Counted from the first letter of the stretch, positions 10,048 to 19,224 are shown. The stretch: 64,000 nucleotides of DNA from Thiobacillus sp. (GCA_020724415.1 DYHB01000002.1:726-64725), one strand, 5' to 3'. Program-made: numbers and translations. The notes: generated from the sequence alone by a model not told the origin.

Positions 10048-10051
10048 TCAA

Positions 10052-11263
10052 TTACCTCAGGTTGACCAGGGTTTGCAGGATCTGGTCCTGGGCCCGGATG
10101 GTCTGGGCATTGGCCTGATAAGTCCGCTGGGCGACGATCAGGCTCACCAGTTCCGCAGTCAGGTCCACATTGGAATCCTCCACGGCGCCGGACCGCAGGG
10201 TGCCGGCCACCCCACTGCCGGGATTGTTGGGCGTGGGGTTGCCGGATGCCGTGCTGTTGAGCCAGAGATTGTCGCCGATGGGCTGAAGGCCATTGGGGTT
10301 GTTGAAGGTGTACAGGGGAATCTGGGCCATGGCCAGGGTCTGGCCGTTGTCATAACGGCCCTGTACCAACCCGAAGTTGTCGATCTGGAGGCCGATGAAC
10401 TTGCCTGCCGCACGACCGTCCTGGATCACCGAGTTCACCCCCGAATTGCTGCCGAACTGGGTGCTGCCGGCCAGATCCAGGCTGAAGGCCAGGGGGGTGG
10501 TGGCGCCGTTGGTGAGCGCGGCGCTGATGGCTACCGGGGCGGCGGGCGTGGCCAGGCTGCCGTCGGCATTGAAGGTCATGGGCGTGGCCGGCAGGGCGGC
10601 CGTGGCGCCGTCGAGGTAGGCCTCCATGTTCCAGGTCAGGGCAGCGGTCTTCTGGAAATAGACGCTCAGGGTATGGTCGATGCCCAGACTGTCGTAGACC
10701 GTGAAGGCGGTCGAGAAGGTATAGGTATCCGGGTCGGTCGGGTCAATGGCCCCGGCCAGATCGGGCGACTCCGCATTCAGGTTCAGGGTCAGCAAGGCCT
10801 CGCTGGTGGTCTGGGCCACCCCCGTGGGCGAAATCTGGATGGGCCCCAGGGAACTTCCCACGGTACCGGTGACCGGGTCCACCGTGTAGCCCATCAGCTG
10901 TTGCGATGTGGCGTTGACGATGTTGCCATTGGCGTCGAACTGGTATTGCCCGTTGCGGGTGAAGGCCTGGGTACCATCGGTGCCCTGCACCATGAAAAAG
11001 CCGTTGCCGCTGATGGACATGTCCAGGGGGTTATTGGTCACCGTAAGGTTGCCCTGGGTGAACTGCTGACTCACGGCCGTCAGCTTTGAGCCGATGCCCA
11101 CGTTCAACGAGGTGGACCCGGTCAGGGAACTGGCATAGACATCGGCAAACTGGGCCTTGCTCGATTTGAAGCCCACCGTGGAGACATTGGCGATGTTATT
11201 GCCGATCACGTCCAGATTCTTCGCGGACACGTTCAAGCCGCTCAATCCCTGCTGAAAACTCAT
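10052..11263 (-). CDS. flgE: Flagellar hook protein FlgE
   Basis: The N-terminus is MSFQQGLSGLNVSAKNLDVIGNNIANVSTVGFK and the C-terminus is VDLTAELVSLIVAQRTYQANAQTI. At 403 aa it has a typical hook length. Confidence 0.95.
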   Translation of the reverse strand: MSFQQGLSGLNVSAKNLDVIGNNIANVSTVGFKSSKAQFADVYASSLTGSTSLNVGIGSKLTAVSQQFTQGNLTVTNNPLDMSISGNGFFMVQGTDGTQAFTRNGQYQFDANGNIVNATSQQLMGYTVDPVTGTVGSSLGPIQISPTGVAQTTSEALLTLNLNAESPDLAGAIDPTDPDTYTFSTAFTVYDSLGIDHTLSVYFQKTAALTWNMEAYLDGATAALPATPMTFNADGSLATPAAPVAISAALTNGATTPLAFSLDLAGSTQFGSNSGVNSVIQDGRAAGKFIGLQIDNFGLVQGRYDNGQTLAMAQIPLYTFNNPNGLQPIGDNLWLNSTASGNPTPNNPGSGVAGTLRSGAVEDSNVDLTAELVSLIVAQRTYQANAQTIRAQDQILQTLVNLR

Positions 11264-11276
11264 GATTCAACCCCTC

Positions 11277-11933
11277 TCAGTAAATTCGAAGAATCTCGGC
11301 AATGTCCCGAGTTCCCAGACCGGCCACATCCACCTTGGCAGAACCTCCGCTGAGGGCCACGCTGGTGACCTGGCCCAGGGCATAGGTGGTGACATCCACC
11401 CCTTCGTTGCCCCGCAGGGCTTCTGCCTCATATCGGTATTCGCCCGGCTCCAGGGCGTTCCCGGCGGCATCCTGACCATCCCAGACGAAGTCCAGCGCAC
11501 CGGCAGGCTGCGGCCCCAGCTCCAGGGCCCGCACCAAGGCGCCATCCGCATCCGTGACACGCACCACCACCCGATCCGCCGGAGCCGCCAGATCGACACG
11601 TCCACCCGCCCCGTTTTCACCCAGGGCAAGACGATTGCCCTCTACCAGGACCACCCGATCCACCAGAGCCGCCGCCTGGAGGGTCTGACTGGCCTGATAG
11701 CTGCCCAACAAGGCCTCGAAGCCGGCATTGAGCTTGTTGATCCCTTCCACGGTGGACATCTGGGCCAACTGGGTGGTCAGCTCAGCATTCTCCATGGGGT
11801 TCATGGGATCCTGGTTCTTGAGCTGGGTCACCAGCAGGGTCAAGAACCGATCCTGCACCCCGGAGATCGCACTGGCGGACCCCGCCTTGGCGTTCAGACT
11901 GGCCTGATAGCTTTCAATGGCAGAAACAGCCAT
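11277..11933 (-). CDS. flgD: Flagellar hook capping/assembly protein FlgD
   Basis: It contains the conserved QDRFLTLLVTQLKNQDPMNPMEN motif and lies between flgC and flgE. Confidence 0.93.
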   Translation of the reverse strand: MAVSAIESYQASLNAKAGSASAISGVQDRFLTLLVTQLKNQDPMNPMENAELTTQLAQMSTVEGINKLNAGFEALLGSYQASQTLQAAALVDRVVLVEGNRLALGENGAGGRVDLAAPADRVVVRVTDADGALVRALELGPQPAGALDFVWDGQDAAGNALEPGEYRYEAEALRGNEGVDVTTYALGQVTSVALSGGSAKVDVAGLGTRDIAEILRIY

Positions 11934-11943
11934 GACTCACTCC

Positions 11944-12357
11944 TCAAGACTGGAGCAGCGCCAGGGTGCGCTGCATCATGTCCTTCGCCGTGGACATCAC
12001 CTCGGCGTTGGTCTGGTAGGAACGGGAGGCAGAAATCATGTTGACCATCTCCTCCACCACATCCACGTTGGAATACGCCACATAGCCCTTGTCGTCGGCC
12101 AAGGGGTGCTTGGGGTCATACACAAGACGCGGCGGCGCCGGATCTTCGATCACCCTGACCATCTGGACGCCCTGGGCCCAAGGGGTGGCCGAGCTCATGG
12201 GCACGGCCTGGAAATAGACCTGCTTGGCCCTGTAGGCCTCGCCGGTGGAGGCGTGGGCGGAATCGGCGTTGGCCAGGTTGCTGGCCACGGCATTGAGTCG
12301 CATGGACTGGGCCGTGAGGGCCGACGCTGCGATCTGGAAAACATTGCTCATGGACAT
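11944..12357 (-). CDS. flgC: Flagellar basal-body rod protein FlgC
   Basis: It contains [27 protein letters not shown] and the C-terminal [18 protein letters not shown]. Confidence 0.95.
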   Translation of the reverse strand: MSMSNVFQIAASALTAQSMRLNAVASNLANADSAHASTGEAYRAKQVYFQAVPMSSATPWAQGVQMVRVIEDPAPPRLVYDPKHPLADDKGYVAYSNVDVVEEMVNMISASRSYQTNAEVMSTAKDMMQRTLALLQS

Positions 12358-12767
12358 TATCGACTGGGCTCCAGGGCAGACTTCATGCGCTGGAAGGTGC
12401 TGCGCGCCCGTTCCAGCATGAACTGGTAGTGCATGGAATTCTCGGTGAAGGCGGCCCGTTCCACGTTCAGGTCCACCGTATTGCCATCCAGACTGGGCTG
12501 GAGCGGGGTGCGGTACTTGATCACGCCGGCCTGCATGGCCGAACCACCACCCGCCCCCTGAAGATGGGCTTCATTGGTACGCGCCAGCCCCAGGGGCCCA
12601 CCGGCCCCCTTCGCCGCCCGCAGGGCAGCGGCAAAATCCACGTCCCGGGCCTTGTATCCCGGCGTATCGGCATTGGCGATGTTGGCCGCCAGAATCTCCT
12701 GGCGCATGGCACGAAGATTCAGTGCTGTCCGGGTAAAGCTGACTTCCTGATCGATTCTGTTGAACAT
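12357..12767 (-). CDS. flgB: Flagellar basal-body rod protein FlgB
   Basis: The ORF was trimmed to the MFNRIDQEV start, which has an AGGAG Shine-Dalgarno 7 nt upstream. It contains the motif [17 protein letters not shown]. Confidence 0.93.
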   Translation of the reverse strand: MFNRIDQEVSFTRTALNLRAMRQEILAANIANADTPGYKARDVDFAAALRAAKGAGGPLGLARTNEAHLQGAGGGSAMQAGVIKYRTPLQPSLDGNTVDLNVERAAFTENSMHYQFMLERARSTFQRMKSALEPSR

Positions 12768-12795
12768 GGGGCGAGCTCCTCTTGACCAAACGAAA

Positions 12796-12811
12796 AGCAA
12801 GCCACGTGCCA
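12796..12811 (-). promoter_or_regulatory. Sigma54 (RpoN) -24/-12 promoter of the flgB operon
   Basis: The - strand reads TGGCACgtggcTTGCT, with GG-N10-GC spacing exact. It lies about 30-45 nt upstream of the flgB ATG, and an A/T-rich tract lies just upstream. Confidence 0.8.
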
Positions 12812-12929
12812 TCCATTGATGACACAAAAAACAATTAAAATACAGCAGGTTACAGAATCATCACGGGATAGACCGGGGTACACAGACCCCCGGGTGGCAA
12901 GAATTGCCGGCAAGTCTCCTCCTGAGGGG

Positions 12930-14516
12930 TCACCCTTGCTCGACGCGGTTGCGTCCGTGGGCCTTGGCCCGGTACATGGCCTGATCGGCCCGGGCGATGA
13001 ATTCCTGCCGGTCCTCGCCTTCCCGTCGCTGGGCTACCCCTGCGCTGAAGGTGATGAGCACCTTCTGGTTATCGTGCAGGAAGTATTCCTTGGTCAGTTC
13101 CCGCTGCAAGCGAAGCATGACCTTCTCGGCTTCGTCGGCACCGGTATTGGGCAGCAGGATGAGGAATTCCTCCCCGCCGTAGCGGGCCAGGCTGTCCATG
13201 GGGCGCAACAGGGTGCGCACCACATTGGTCAGGTGGACCAGGGCCTGGTCACCGGCCCGGTGGCCCAGGCTGTCATTCAGCTTCTTGAAATGATCGATAT
13301 CCATCAGGGCTATGGACAAGGGCGCCGAGACGCGGTCGGATCGGGCCTCTTCACGCATGAAGGCCTCATCCAGACCGCGCCGGTTCAGGGCACCCGTGAG
13401 CTGGTCCTCGCGGACCAGGGCGGACACCTCCTGAAGTTCGGCCTCCAGCTGGTGGATCCGGCTTTCCGCCTCTTCCACATGATGCCGGGCATCCACCAGT
13501 TCCTGGTGGGTGTTCTGCATCTCCCCCTGAATCTGGAGCATGTCGCTGGACAAATGATCCATCACTTCCGTGAGCTGGCTGATGTCCTCCGCCCGGGCAA
13601 TCTGCTCGCTGTAATCGGTGATGCGCTGATGATAGCCGCCGGTGCTGGTGGTGAGGTCACCCACCCGGTCGATGAAGGTGGAAATGAGGTGTTTCAGTTT
13701 TTCCTTGGCCTCGGTCAGACCGCCCTTGATCTGCTTTTGCCGCGACACCAGCTCTTTCAGGCTGCTCTCGGCGTCATAGAGGGCATAACGGTTCAGGTTT
13801 CCCGAGACCACGGCCCGCATGGCCAACATCTGGCCCGAGAACCAGGCGTCATCGGTCACCATTTCGCCCAGGTTTTCCAACAGCAGCGCCATGAGCCGTT
13901 TCAGACCGTCCAGGGATTCCGCATCCCCCGCCGCCCGGAGCAGGAATTCCCGCCAGAGGTCTCCCAGCAGGCTGACATGACGCTCTTCCATCTGATGACC
14001 GTTGGTTTCGATCTGGCGTGCCAAGGCCTGGCTTTGCTGAGCCAGGTCCGGCCAGCGCGACCCACATTCTCCACCCAGGTCGGCCAAGTAATCCGTGAAC
14101 AGACGCCCCAGTCGCCCCGTATCCGCGAGGACGGGCTGAGAGGCAGCCGCACCCTCGGGCCCGGACTCCTGATCCGTCGCCGGCGTCCGCTCGGACCGGT
14201 TCTTTTCCTGGGACTCGCCCCAGGAGTGGGCCAGGGAGGCCAGTTTCTGGGCCAATTGTTCCGAGTCGTGGCCGAAATTGATCAGCACCCGGTCCAGCAT
14301 TTCCCGCTTCCGGGTCTGGGTCAGCCCGGCATGATAGCCTTCCCACTGCTTGAGGAACTGTCGCATGACCTCCGGCCAGCGCACTTCTTCCTCCTGGTTC
14401 CCCGCCACCTCGGCGTAGACGCGCCGGTAATTCTGGGGCGTGGGCGGCTGCTTGCGTCCGGCCAGACGTTTGATGGTCTCGCGTGCGATCTCGCTGGGCT
14501 GGGAAGGATGGTCCAT
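12930..14516 (-). CDS. Cytoplasmic diguanylate cyclase (C-terminal GGDEF domain; about 350-aa N-terminal region of unassigned family with coiled coil)
   Basis: The C-terminus is LTGALNRRGL...IDHFKKLNDSLGHRAGDQAL...RPMDSLARYGGEEFLILL...MYRAKAHGRNRV. This gives a GGEEF active site and an RxxD I-site 5 residues upstream. No hydrophobic TM segment is visible. Confidence 0.9.
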   Translation of the reverse strand: MDHPSQPSEIARETIKRLAGRKQPPTPQNYRRVYAEVAGNQEEEVRWPEVMRQFLKQWEGYHAGLTQTRKREMLDRVLINFGHDSEQLAQKLASLAHSWGESQEKNRSERTPATDQESGPEGAAASQPVLADTGRLGRLFTDYLADLGGECGSRWPDLAQQSQALARQIETNGHQMEERHVSLLGDLWREFLLRAAGDAESLDGLKRLMALLLENLGEMVTDDAWFSGQMLAMRAVVSGNLNRYALYDAESSLKELVSRQKQIKGGLTEAKEKLKHLISTFIDRVGDLTTSTGGYHQRITDYSEQIARAEDISQLTEVMDHLSSDMLQIQGEMQNTHQELVDARHHVEEAESRIHQLEAELQEVSALVREDQLTGALNRRGLDEAFMREEARSDRVSAPLSIALMDIDHFKKLNDSLGHRAGDQALVHLTNVVRTLLRPMDSLARYGGEEFLILLPNTGADEAEKVMLRLQRELTKEYFLHDNQKVLITFSAGVAQRREGEDRQEFIARADQAMYRAKAHGRNRVEQG

Positions 14517-14576
14517 GGTCGTCGGGTCTGTTTGAGGTTATGGTATGTACGCTATGGATTATCGCTTGGAACGTCA

Positions 14577-15287
14577 ATGAGGGGGGTTGCCCTGGGAATC
14601 TGTGTGGCGGGCCTGGCCCTGGGCATGCTGACCGGCATGGCCCAGGCCGCGCCGAAGCACCAGGATCTCGACCGGTTGGCAGGTGACGCCGAAACCTGGC
14701 TGCAGCGGGAGGCGACGACCCGGCATCCCGGCAGCACGGCGCTGGCCCGGGTCCGAGCCCCCGATCCACGCCTGCGCCTCCAGCCCTGCTCCCAGGTCGA
14801 GTTCTTTCTGCCGCCTGGGGGCGAACCCTGGGGCACGGGCAGTGTAGGCGCCCGTTGCCCAGGCGAGCGGGCCTGGTCCTTGTACATGGGCTATGACATT
14901 TCCCTCCGGGGCCCGGCCCTGGTCGCCACCCGGGCCCTGCGCAATGGCCAGCCCCTGGCCCCGACGGATGGCCGGATGGCGCTCATCGACTACCGTTCGT
15001 CCCCTACAGGCTACCTTCAGGACAGCGCCCTCCTGGGTCATTCCAGCCTGACCATGCCCCTCCAGGCCGGCCAGCCCTTTCGACTGGAACAGTTGCGCCG
15101 CCGGGCGCTGGTCAAGGCCGGGCAGCGGGTCAGGGTGGTGCTGGATGGCGGCGCCTTCCAGGTGAGCCAGGAAGCCATTGCCCAGCAGCAAGGCAGCCTG
15201 GGGGACGTGATTCGTCTCAAGACTCCATCCGGGCGTATCATTCATGCCACGGTCGAATCGGAGGGCCGTGCCAGGATCCGGCCCTGA
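14577..15287 (+). CDS. flgA: Flagellar basal-body P-ring formation chaperone FlgA
   Basis: This is the in-frame C-terminal part of the artefactual 823-aa ORF. The start MRGVALGICVAGLALGMLTGMAQA is a signal peptide. The C-terminal SAF-like segment is VKAGQRVRVVLDGGAFQVSQEAIAQQQGSLGDVIRLKTPSGRII. Confidence 0.85.
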   Translation: MRGVALGICVAGLALGMLTGMAQAAPKHQDLDRLAGDAETWLQREATTRHPGSTALARVRAPDPRLRLQPCSQVEFFLPPGGEPWGTGSVGARCPGERAWSLYMGYDISLRGPALVATRALRNGQPLAPTDGRMALIDYRSSPTGYLQDSALLGHSSLTMPLQAGQPFRLEQLRRRALVKAGQRVRVVLDGGAFQVSQEAIAQQQGSLGDVIRLKTPSGRIIHATVESEGRARIRP

Positions 15288-15297
15288 GTTTCGGCCC

Positions 15298-15324
15298 TAA
15301 AGATTCCTTCGGCACTGCCGTTAT
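15298..15324 (+). promoter_or_regulatory. Sigma28 (FliA) promoter of flgMN
   Basis: The sequence TAAAGATT-N11-GCCGTTAT compares with the consensus TAAAGTTT-N11-GCCGATAA. It lies 34-60 nt upstream of the flgM GTG start. Confidence 0.7.
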
Positions 15325-15357
15325 CCGCACCACATACGTCAATCCAGGAGAGCGGAC

Positions 15358-15666
15358 GTGAAAATCGACAATGTCATCAACAGCCTATCCGGCGTCCGCG
15401 CCAAGGATGGACGCGACTTGCGCAGCCGGAAACGGGACGACACCCAAAGCCCTGACAGCGTCCGGGACAACGTCGATCTCAGTAGCGCTTCTTCCCGGTT
15501 GCAGGCCCTGGAGTCGGCCCTGGCCGAGGTGGATGTGACCGACATCGGCAAGATCGACAGCATTCGCGACGCCATCGCCTCGGGACAATTCAAGGTGGAC
15601 GAAGAAGTGGTGGCCGAGAAAATCGTAGAATCCACGGTGGAACAACTCTCTCACCACCGGAAATGA
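15358..15666 (+). CDS. flgM: Anti-sigma-28 factor FlgM (GTG start)
   Basis: This 102-aa acidic protein has the C-terminal sigma28-binding region KIDSIRDAIASGQFKVDEEVVAEKIV. It is followed by flgN with an ATGA overlap. Confidence 0.9.
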   Translation: MKIDNVINSLSGVRAKDGRDLRSRKRDDTQSPDSVRDNVDLSSASSRLQALESALAEVDVTDIGKIDSIRDAIASGQFKVDEEVVAEKIVESTVEQLSHHRK

Positions 15667-16109
15667 TCCTGCATCCGCCCCTCAGCGACTTGCACAAGGC
15701 CTTGCAAGCCTTCGTCGTCATATTGGAAGAGGAAATCTCCGCCTTGGGGGATATGGACCTGCACCGGCTGGCGGCCACGGTGGAAGGCAAGAACCGGCTG
15801 GCCGAATCCGTTGCCGAGACCTGGAACCGGGCCATGGCCTGGCTCATGCAGCAACCCGGCACGGAACGTACGGCCCACGGATTGCACGTGCCGGCCAGCA
15901 TCCTGCCCCAGTGGCTGGAGATATTGGCCCTGGCCCGCCAGGCCGACCACTTGAACCGTCGCAACGCCCAACTGGTGGAAGCCCAACTGGAGCGCACCCG
16001 GGGCGCGATCGACGTATTGCAATCGGCTTCCCGACCGGTGAATCTTTATGGCGCAGACGGACAGATTCTCGACAGTCCCGCCCAGGGGCACAGTTTGGAC
16101 AAGGCCTGA
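15663..16109 (+). CDS. flgN: Flagellar export chaperone FlgN family protein
   Basis: This 148-aa helical protein begins LQAFVVILEEEISALGDMDLHRLAATVEGKNRLAESV. Its position after flgM and its 4-nt overlap with flgM fit flgN. Confidence 0.75.
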   Translation: MILHPPLSDLHKALQAFVVILEEEISALGDMDLHRLAATVEGKNRLAESVAETWNRAMAWLMQQPGTERTAHGLHVPASILPQWLEILALARQADHLNRRNAQLVEAQLERTRGAIDVLQSASRPVNLYGADGQILDSPAQGHSLDKA

Positions 16110-16112
16110 ACC

Positions 16113-16322
16113 ATGGAAACCATCGTATTCAATGTCACCGGCATGAGCTGCATGGGTTGCGTGAACAGCGTGCGCAACCTGCTGGCTGGCGTGGACGGTA
16201 CCGGCGATACACGCATTGATCTGGCCAGCGGCCGCGTGGAAGTGGACTACGACCCGCTTCGCACTCAACCGGACCAGCTGAAACAAACGATAGAGGATGG
16301 CGGCTACGGGGTTTTGTCCTGA
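16113..16322 (+). CDS. Heavy-metal-associated (HMA) domain protein, CopZ-like metallochaperone
   Basis: The 69-aa protein METIVFNVTGMSCMGCVNSVRNLL...VEVDYDP...IEDGGYGV carries a GMxCxxC metal-binding loop in a beta-alpha-beta-beta-alpha-beta pattern. It starts 3 nt after the flgN stop. Confidence 0.85.
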   Translation: METIVFNVTGMSCMGCVNSVRNLLAGVDGTGDTRIDLASGRVEVDYDPLRTQPDQLKQTIEDGGYGVLS

Positions 16323-16362
16323 TCCCCACGGCCCGTGCCGAGCCTGCAGGCCATCCCCTGCG

Positions 16363-17049
16363 TCACCAATCCACGGCTTGGCCGGACTCCTTGGCCAGGC
16401 CTTCCAGATAGGCCCCATGGGCCGCAAGTTCGTCAGGGCTGGGCTGGAGGATGATCAGCACCTCGGGCCTGGCCAGCGTGGCCACCCCGCCCGCGGCCGG
16501 CGACCCGCCCAGGTCAATGGCCAGGGAATCCTGGCCCCGGGTCATGGAAAGATAGACTTCAGCCAATAACTGGGCGTCCAGCAGGGCCCCGTGATAGGCG
16601 CGTCCGGAGTTGTCCACATCGTAGCGGCGGCAGAGGGCGTCCAGATTGTTCTTCTGGCCGGGATGCAATTCCTTGGCAAGCTTGAGCGTATCCAATACGC
16701 CGGCACAATGGCTCTTCAGCGCGGCCTGCTGGATGCGCGCCAGCTCCGCATTGAGGAATCCCACATCGAACGGGGCATTGTGGATGATCAATTCGGCATC
16801 CTGGATAAAGGCCAGGAATTCCATGGCGACGGACGCGAATCTTGGCTTGTCTGAGAGGAACTCATTGCTCAGGCCATGCACTTCCAAGGCGCCGGCATCC
16901 ACCTCCCGGTCGGGATTCAGATATACATGGTAGTGGCGCCCGGTGGTGTGTCTGTTGAGTATTTCCACGGCACCGATCTCGATCACCCGATGCCCCTGTT
17001 CGTGGCTAAGGCCCGTGGTTTCCGTGTCCAGCACGATCTGCCGGGTCAT
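16363..17049 (-). CDS. dnaQ: DNA polymerase III epsilon subunit (3'-5' proofreading exonuclease)
   Basis: It has the Exo I motif VLDTETTGL, the Exo II motif [13 protein letters not shown] and the Exo III motif [15 protein letters not shown]. The dnaQ/rnhA arrangement fits. Confidence 0.95.
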   Translation of the reverse strand: MTRQIVLDTETTGLSHEQGHRVIEIGAVEILNRHTTGRHYHVYLNPDREVDAGALEVHGLSNEFLSDKPRFASVAMEFLAFIQDAELIIHNAPFDVGFLNAELARIQQAALKSHCAGVLDTLKLAKELHPGQKNNLDALCRRYDVDNSGRAYHGALLDAQLLAEVYLSMTRGQDSLAIDLGGSPAAGGVATLARPEVLIILQPSPDELAAHGAYLEGLAKESGQAVDW

Positions 17050-17522
17050 GGGCGCCTCCCCTTGGCAACACCTTCATTGGCCAACTGGTCGGCAATCTCG
17101 TTCTCCACATGGCCCGCATGGCCCTTGACCCAGAACCATTCCGTCTCATGCCTGGCCACCTCGCGGTCCAGGGCCTGCCAGAGATCCTGGTTCTTCACGG
17201 GCTGCCCGGTGCTTGATTTCCATTGACGGCGCTTCCAGTTGGCCAGCCACTCGGAAATCCCCTTCTGCACGTATTGGGAGTCGGTATGGACCCGCACCTT
17301 GCTCGCCCGGGTGAGATGCTGCAAGCCCTGGATGACCGCCATCAGCTCCATGCGGTTATTGGTGGTGGCCGGTTCGCCACCGCACAGCCGCTTTTCGTGG
17401 CGGCCATAGCGCATGAGCACACCCCAGCCGCCCGGGCCCGGATTCCCCTTGCAGGCACCGTCGGTGTACAAATCCACCCATCCGTCAGGCTGGGGACCAT
17501 CCTTCACTTGTTCGGTATTCAT
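17046..17522 (-). CDS. rnhA: Ribonuclease HI
   Basis: It contains [17 protein letters not shown]...[15 protein letters not shown]...[17 protein letters not shown]. Confidence 0.95.
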   Translation of the reverse strand: MNTEQVKDGPQPDGWVDLYTDGACKGNPGPGGWGVLMRYGRHEKRLCGGEPATTNNRMELMAVIQGLQHLTRASKVRVHTDSQYVQKGISEWLANWKRRQWKSSTGQPVKNQDLWQALDREVARHETEWFWVKGHAGHVENEIADQLANEGVAKGRRP

Positions 17523-18244
17523 TCTTCACCCATGCAACGCGTGCCGGTCCGGTGACTGCCGATTCGATTGGGAGAACCGGCCAGCCCCCGCTGTCCCAGC
17601 CAATTGTCCCCCCACTGGGGCGAGATCAGGCGCATGCCCTGGACACGCTTGACGGCGTGCAGCATGTACACGCCACCGCCCAAGGCCCACCAACGGTCAC
17701 CCGCTGACTCCAGAAAACCAAATCGCTCCAGCCAACGGCTACGGTTCACCGGAGGGGCATAGCAGGCCATGCGCCCTCCGACCAGTTCAAAACTCAACAG
17801 GGACAGCCAATCCTTGATCCGGGCGAGACGCAGGAATTGCCCGTTCCATGGATAACTGCGGCGCTGCCCCAGGGTGCGGCGCATACCCCAGAAACTCAAG
17901 GGGTTGAAACCGGTCAGCAGGAGCCTCCCCTCGGGGCGCAATACCCGTTCCACTTCCCGCAGCAACTGATGTGGATTGGGGGAATACTCCAGAGCATGGG
18001 GCAGCGCCACCAGATCCAGGGACTGGCTGGCAATGGGCAGCAACTCGGGCCGGCAGAGCAGGTTGCCGCCGCCCGGCTTGCCACAGAAGCGATGCGGCAT
18101 CCGGTTGGCGCGCAGGCAATCCACCTGGCACATGCCCACCTGCATGGCATTGAACCCGAACAAATCCGCTGAGGTGGCATCGAACCAGCTCAGTTCGCGT
18201 CCGAGGACATACCGTCCCGCATCCGATTCAAACCAGTCTTGCAT
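17519..18244 (-). CDS. Class I SAM-dependent methyltransferase (YafS-like, conserved next to rnhA/gloB)
   Basis: The ORF was trimmed to [13 protein letters not shown]. It contains [40 protein letters not shown], a methyltransferase fold motif. The synteny mltD-gloB/yafS-rnhA-dnaQ matches E. coli. Confidence 0.8.
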   Translation of the reverse strand: MQDWFESDAGRYVLGRELSWFDATSADLFGFNAMQVGMCQVDCLRANRMPHRFCGKPGGGNLLCRPELLPIASQSLDLVALPHALEYSPNPHQLLREVERVLRPEGRLLLTGFNPLSFWGMRRTLGQRRSYPWNGQFLRLARIKDWLSLLSFELVGGRMACYAPPVNRSRWLERFGFLESAGDRWWALGGGVYMLHAVKRVQGMRLISPQWGDNWLGQRGLAGSPNRIGSHRTGTRCMGEE

Positions 18245-18300
18245 TGTGGATCGCCATTTCCCAGGTTGACCGCCCGCCACCAAATTCCCAGAATCGGGGC

Positions 18301-19071
18301 ATGCTGAGCATCGAGCCGGTACCCTTTTTGCGTGACAACTATGCCTGGATCATCCACGACGGGCGGGACGCCGTCGTGGTGGACCCAGGCGAGCCCGAAC
18401 CCATTCTAGCCTGGCTGGCCACCCGGCGCATACGCTTGCGCGCCCTGCTCATCACCCATCACCACGGCGACCATGCCGGAGGCATCATGGCCCTGGCCGC
18501 GACCGGCGCCCGGGTGTTCGGGCCCCGGGGCAACCATATCCGAGGCATCACCCATCCGGTGGATGACGGCCAGCGGATTGCCTTCGACCATCCAGACGTG
18601 TCGTTTGAAGTCATGGCCGTGCCGGGTCATACCCTGGATCACTTGGCTTATGTGGGACAGGGCCACGTGTTTTGTGGCGACACCCTGTTTTCCTGCGGAT
18701 GTGGCCGGGTCTTCGAGGGCACCCACGCCATGATGCGCCAGAGCCTGGCCCGCATCGCGGCGTTGCCGGACGATACCCGGGTCGCCTGCGCCCATGAATA
18801 TACCCGGTCGAACCTGGCGTTCGCCCGCCGCCTGGAACCCCAGCACCCCCAACTGCTGGCCTGGGAGCATGAAGTCACTCAACTGCGGGCAAAAAACCTG
18901 CCCAGCCTGCCGGTCATGTTGGGCGACGAGAAGCAGCGGAATCCCTTCCTGCGCTGGGATGATCCCCAGTTGCGGCAGGTGATGCTGGGATCGGGAATGC
19001 TCTCGGAATCGGAGGCAGAAGACCGCGAAAAAGTATTCGCCACACTACGCCAGCTGAAAGATCAGGCATAA
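18301..19071 (+). CDS. gloB: Hydroxyacylglutathione hydrolase (glyoxalase II)
   Basis: The ORF was trimmed to MLSIEPVPFLRDNYAWI. It has the metallo-beta-lactamase motif THHHGDHAGG and the C-terminal EKQRNPFLR. Confidence 0.94.
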   Translation: MLSIEPVPFLRDNYAWIIHDGRDAVVVDPGEPEPILAWLATRRIRLRALLITHHHGDHAGGIMALAATGARVFGPRGNHIRGITHPVDDGQRIAFDHPDVSFEVMAVPGHTLDHLAYVGQGHVFCGDTLFSCGCGRVFEGTHAMMRQSLARIAALPDDTRVACAHEYTRSNLAFARRLEPQHPQLLAWEHEVTQLRAKNLPSLPVMLGDEKQRNPFLRWDDPQLRQVMLGSGMLSESEAEDREKVFATLRQLKDQA

Positions 19072-19148
19072 CATGGACATATAAAATATTTTTAATTACA
19101 TGGGTTCAAATATTGCTGTAACTCATTATTCGATATAGACACCGATCC

Positions 19149-19177
19149 TTGACTCCGGGCAAATCCATAAGTAAAAT
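19149..19177 (+). promoter_or_regulatory. Near-consensus sigma70 promoter upstream of mltD
   Basis: TTGACT-17 nt-TAAAAT sits in an AT-rich island, 48 nt upstream of the mltD ATG. Confidence 0.55.
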
Positions 19178-19224
19178 CAATGGGTTTTCGTAGGGACTCC
19201 CCTCCGGGGGATGGTGCAATACCC

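Noticed and set aside
9302-10051. A 249-aa alternative-frame ORF on the same strand as flgF.
   Set aside because: Its composition is Pro/Gly/Arg-rich nonsense. The overlapping frame gives a canonical FlgF with both conserved termini.
12816-14576. The N-terminal 587 codons of the 823-aa + strand ORF that ends as FlgA.
   Set aside because: This part is antisense to the GGDEF gene and has no signal or motif. A proper FlgA signal peptide (MRGVALGICVAGLALG...) begins at 14577, so only the last 236 codons are real.
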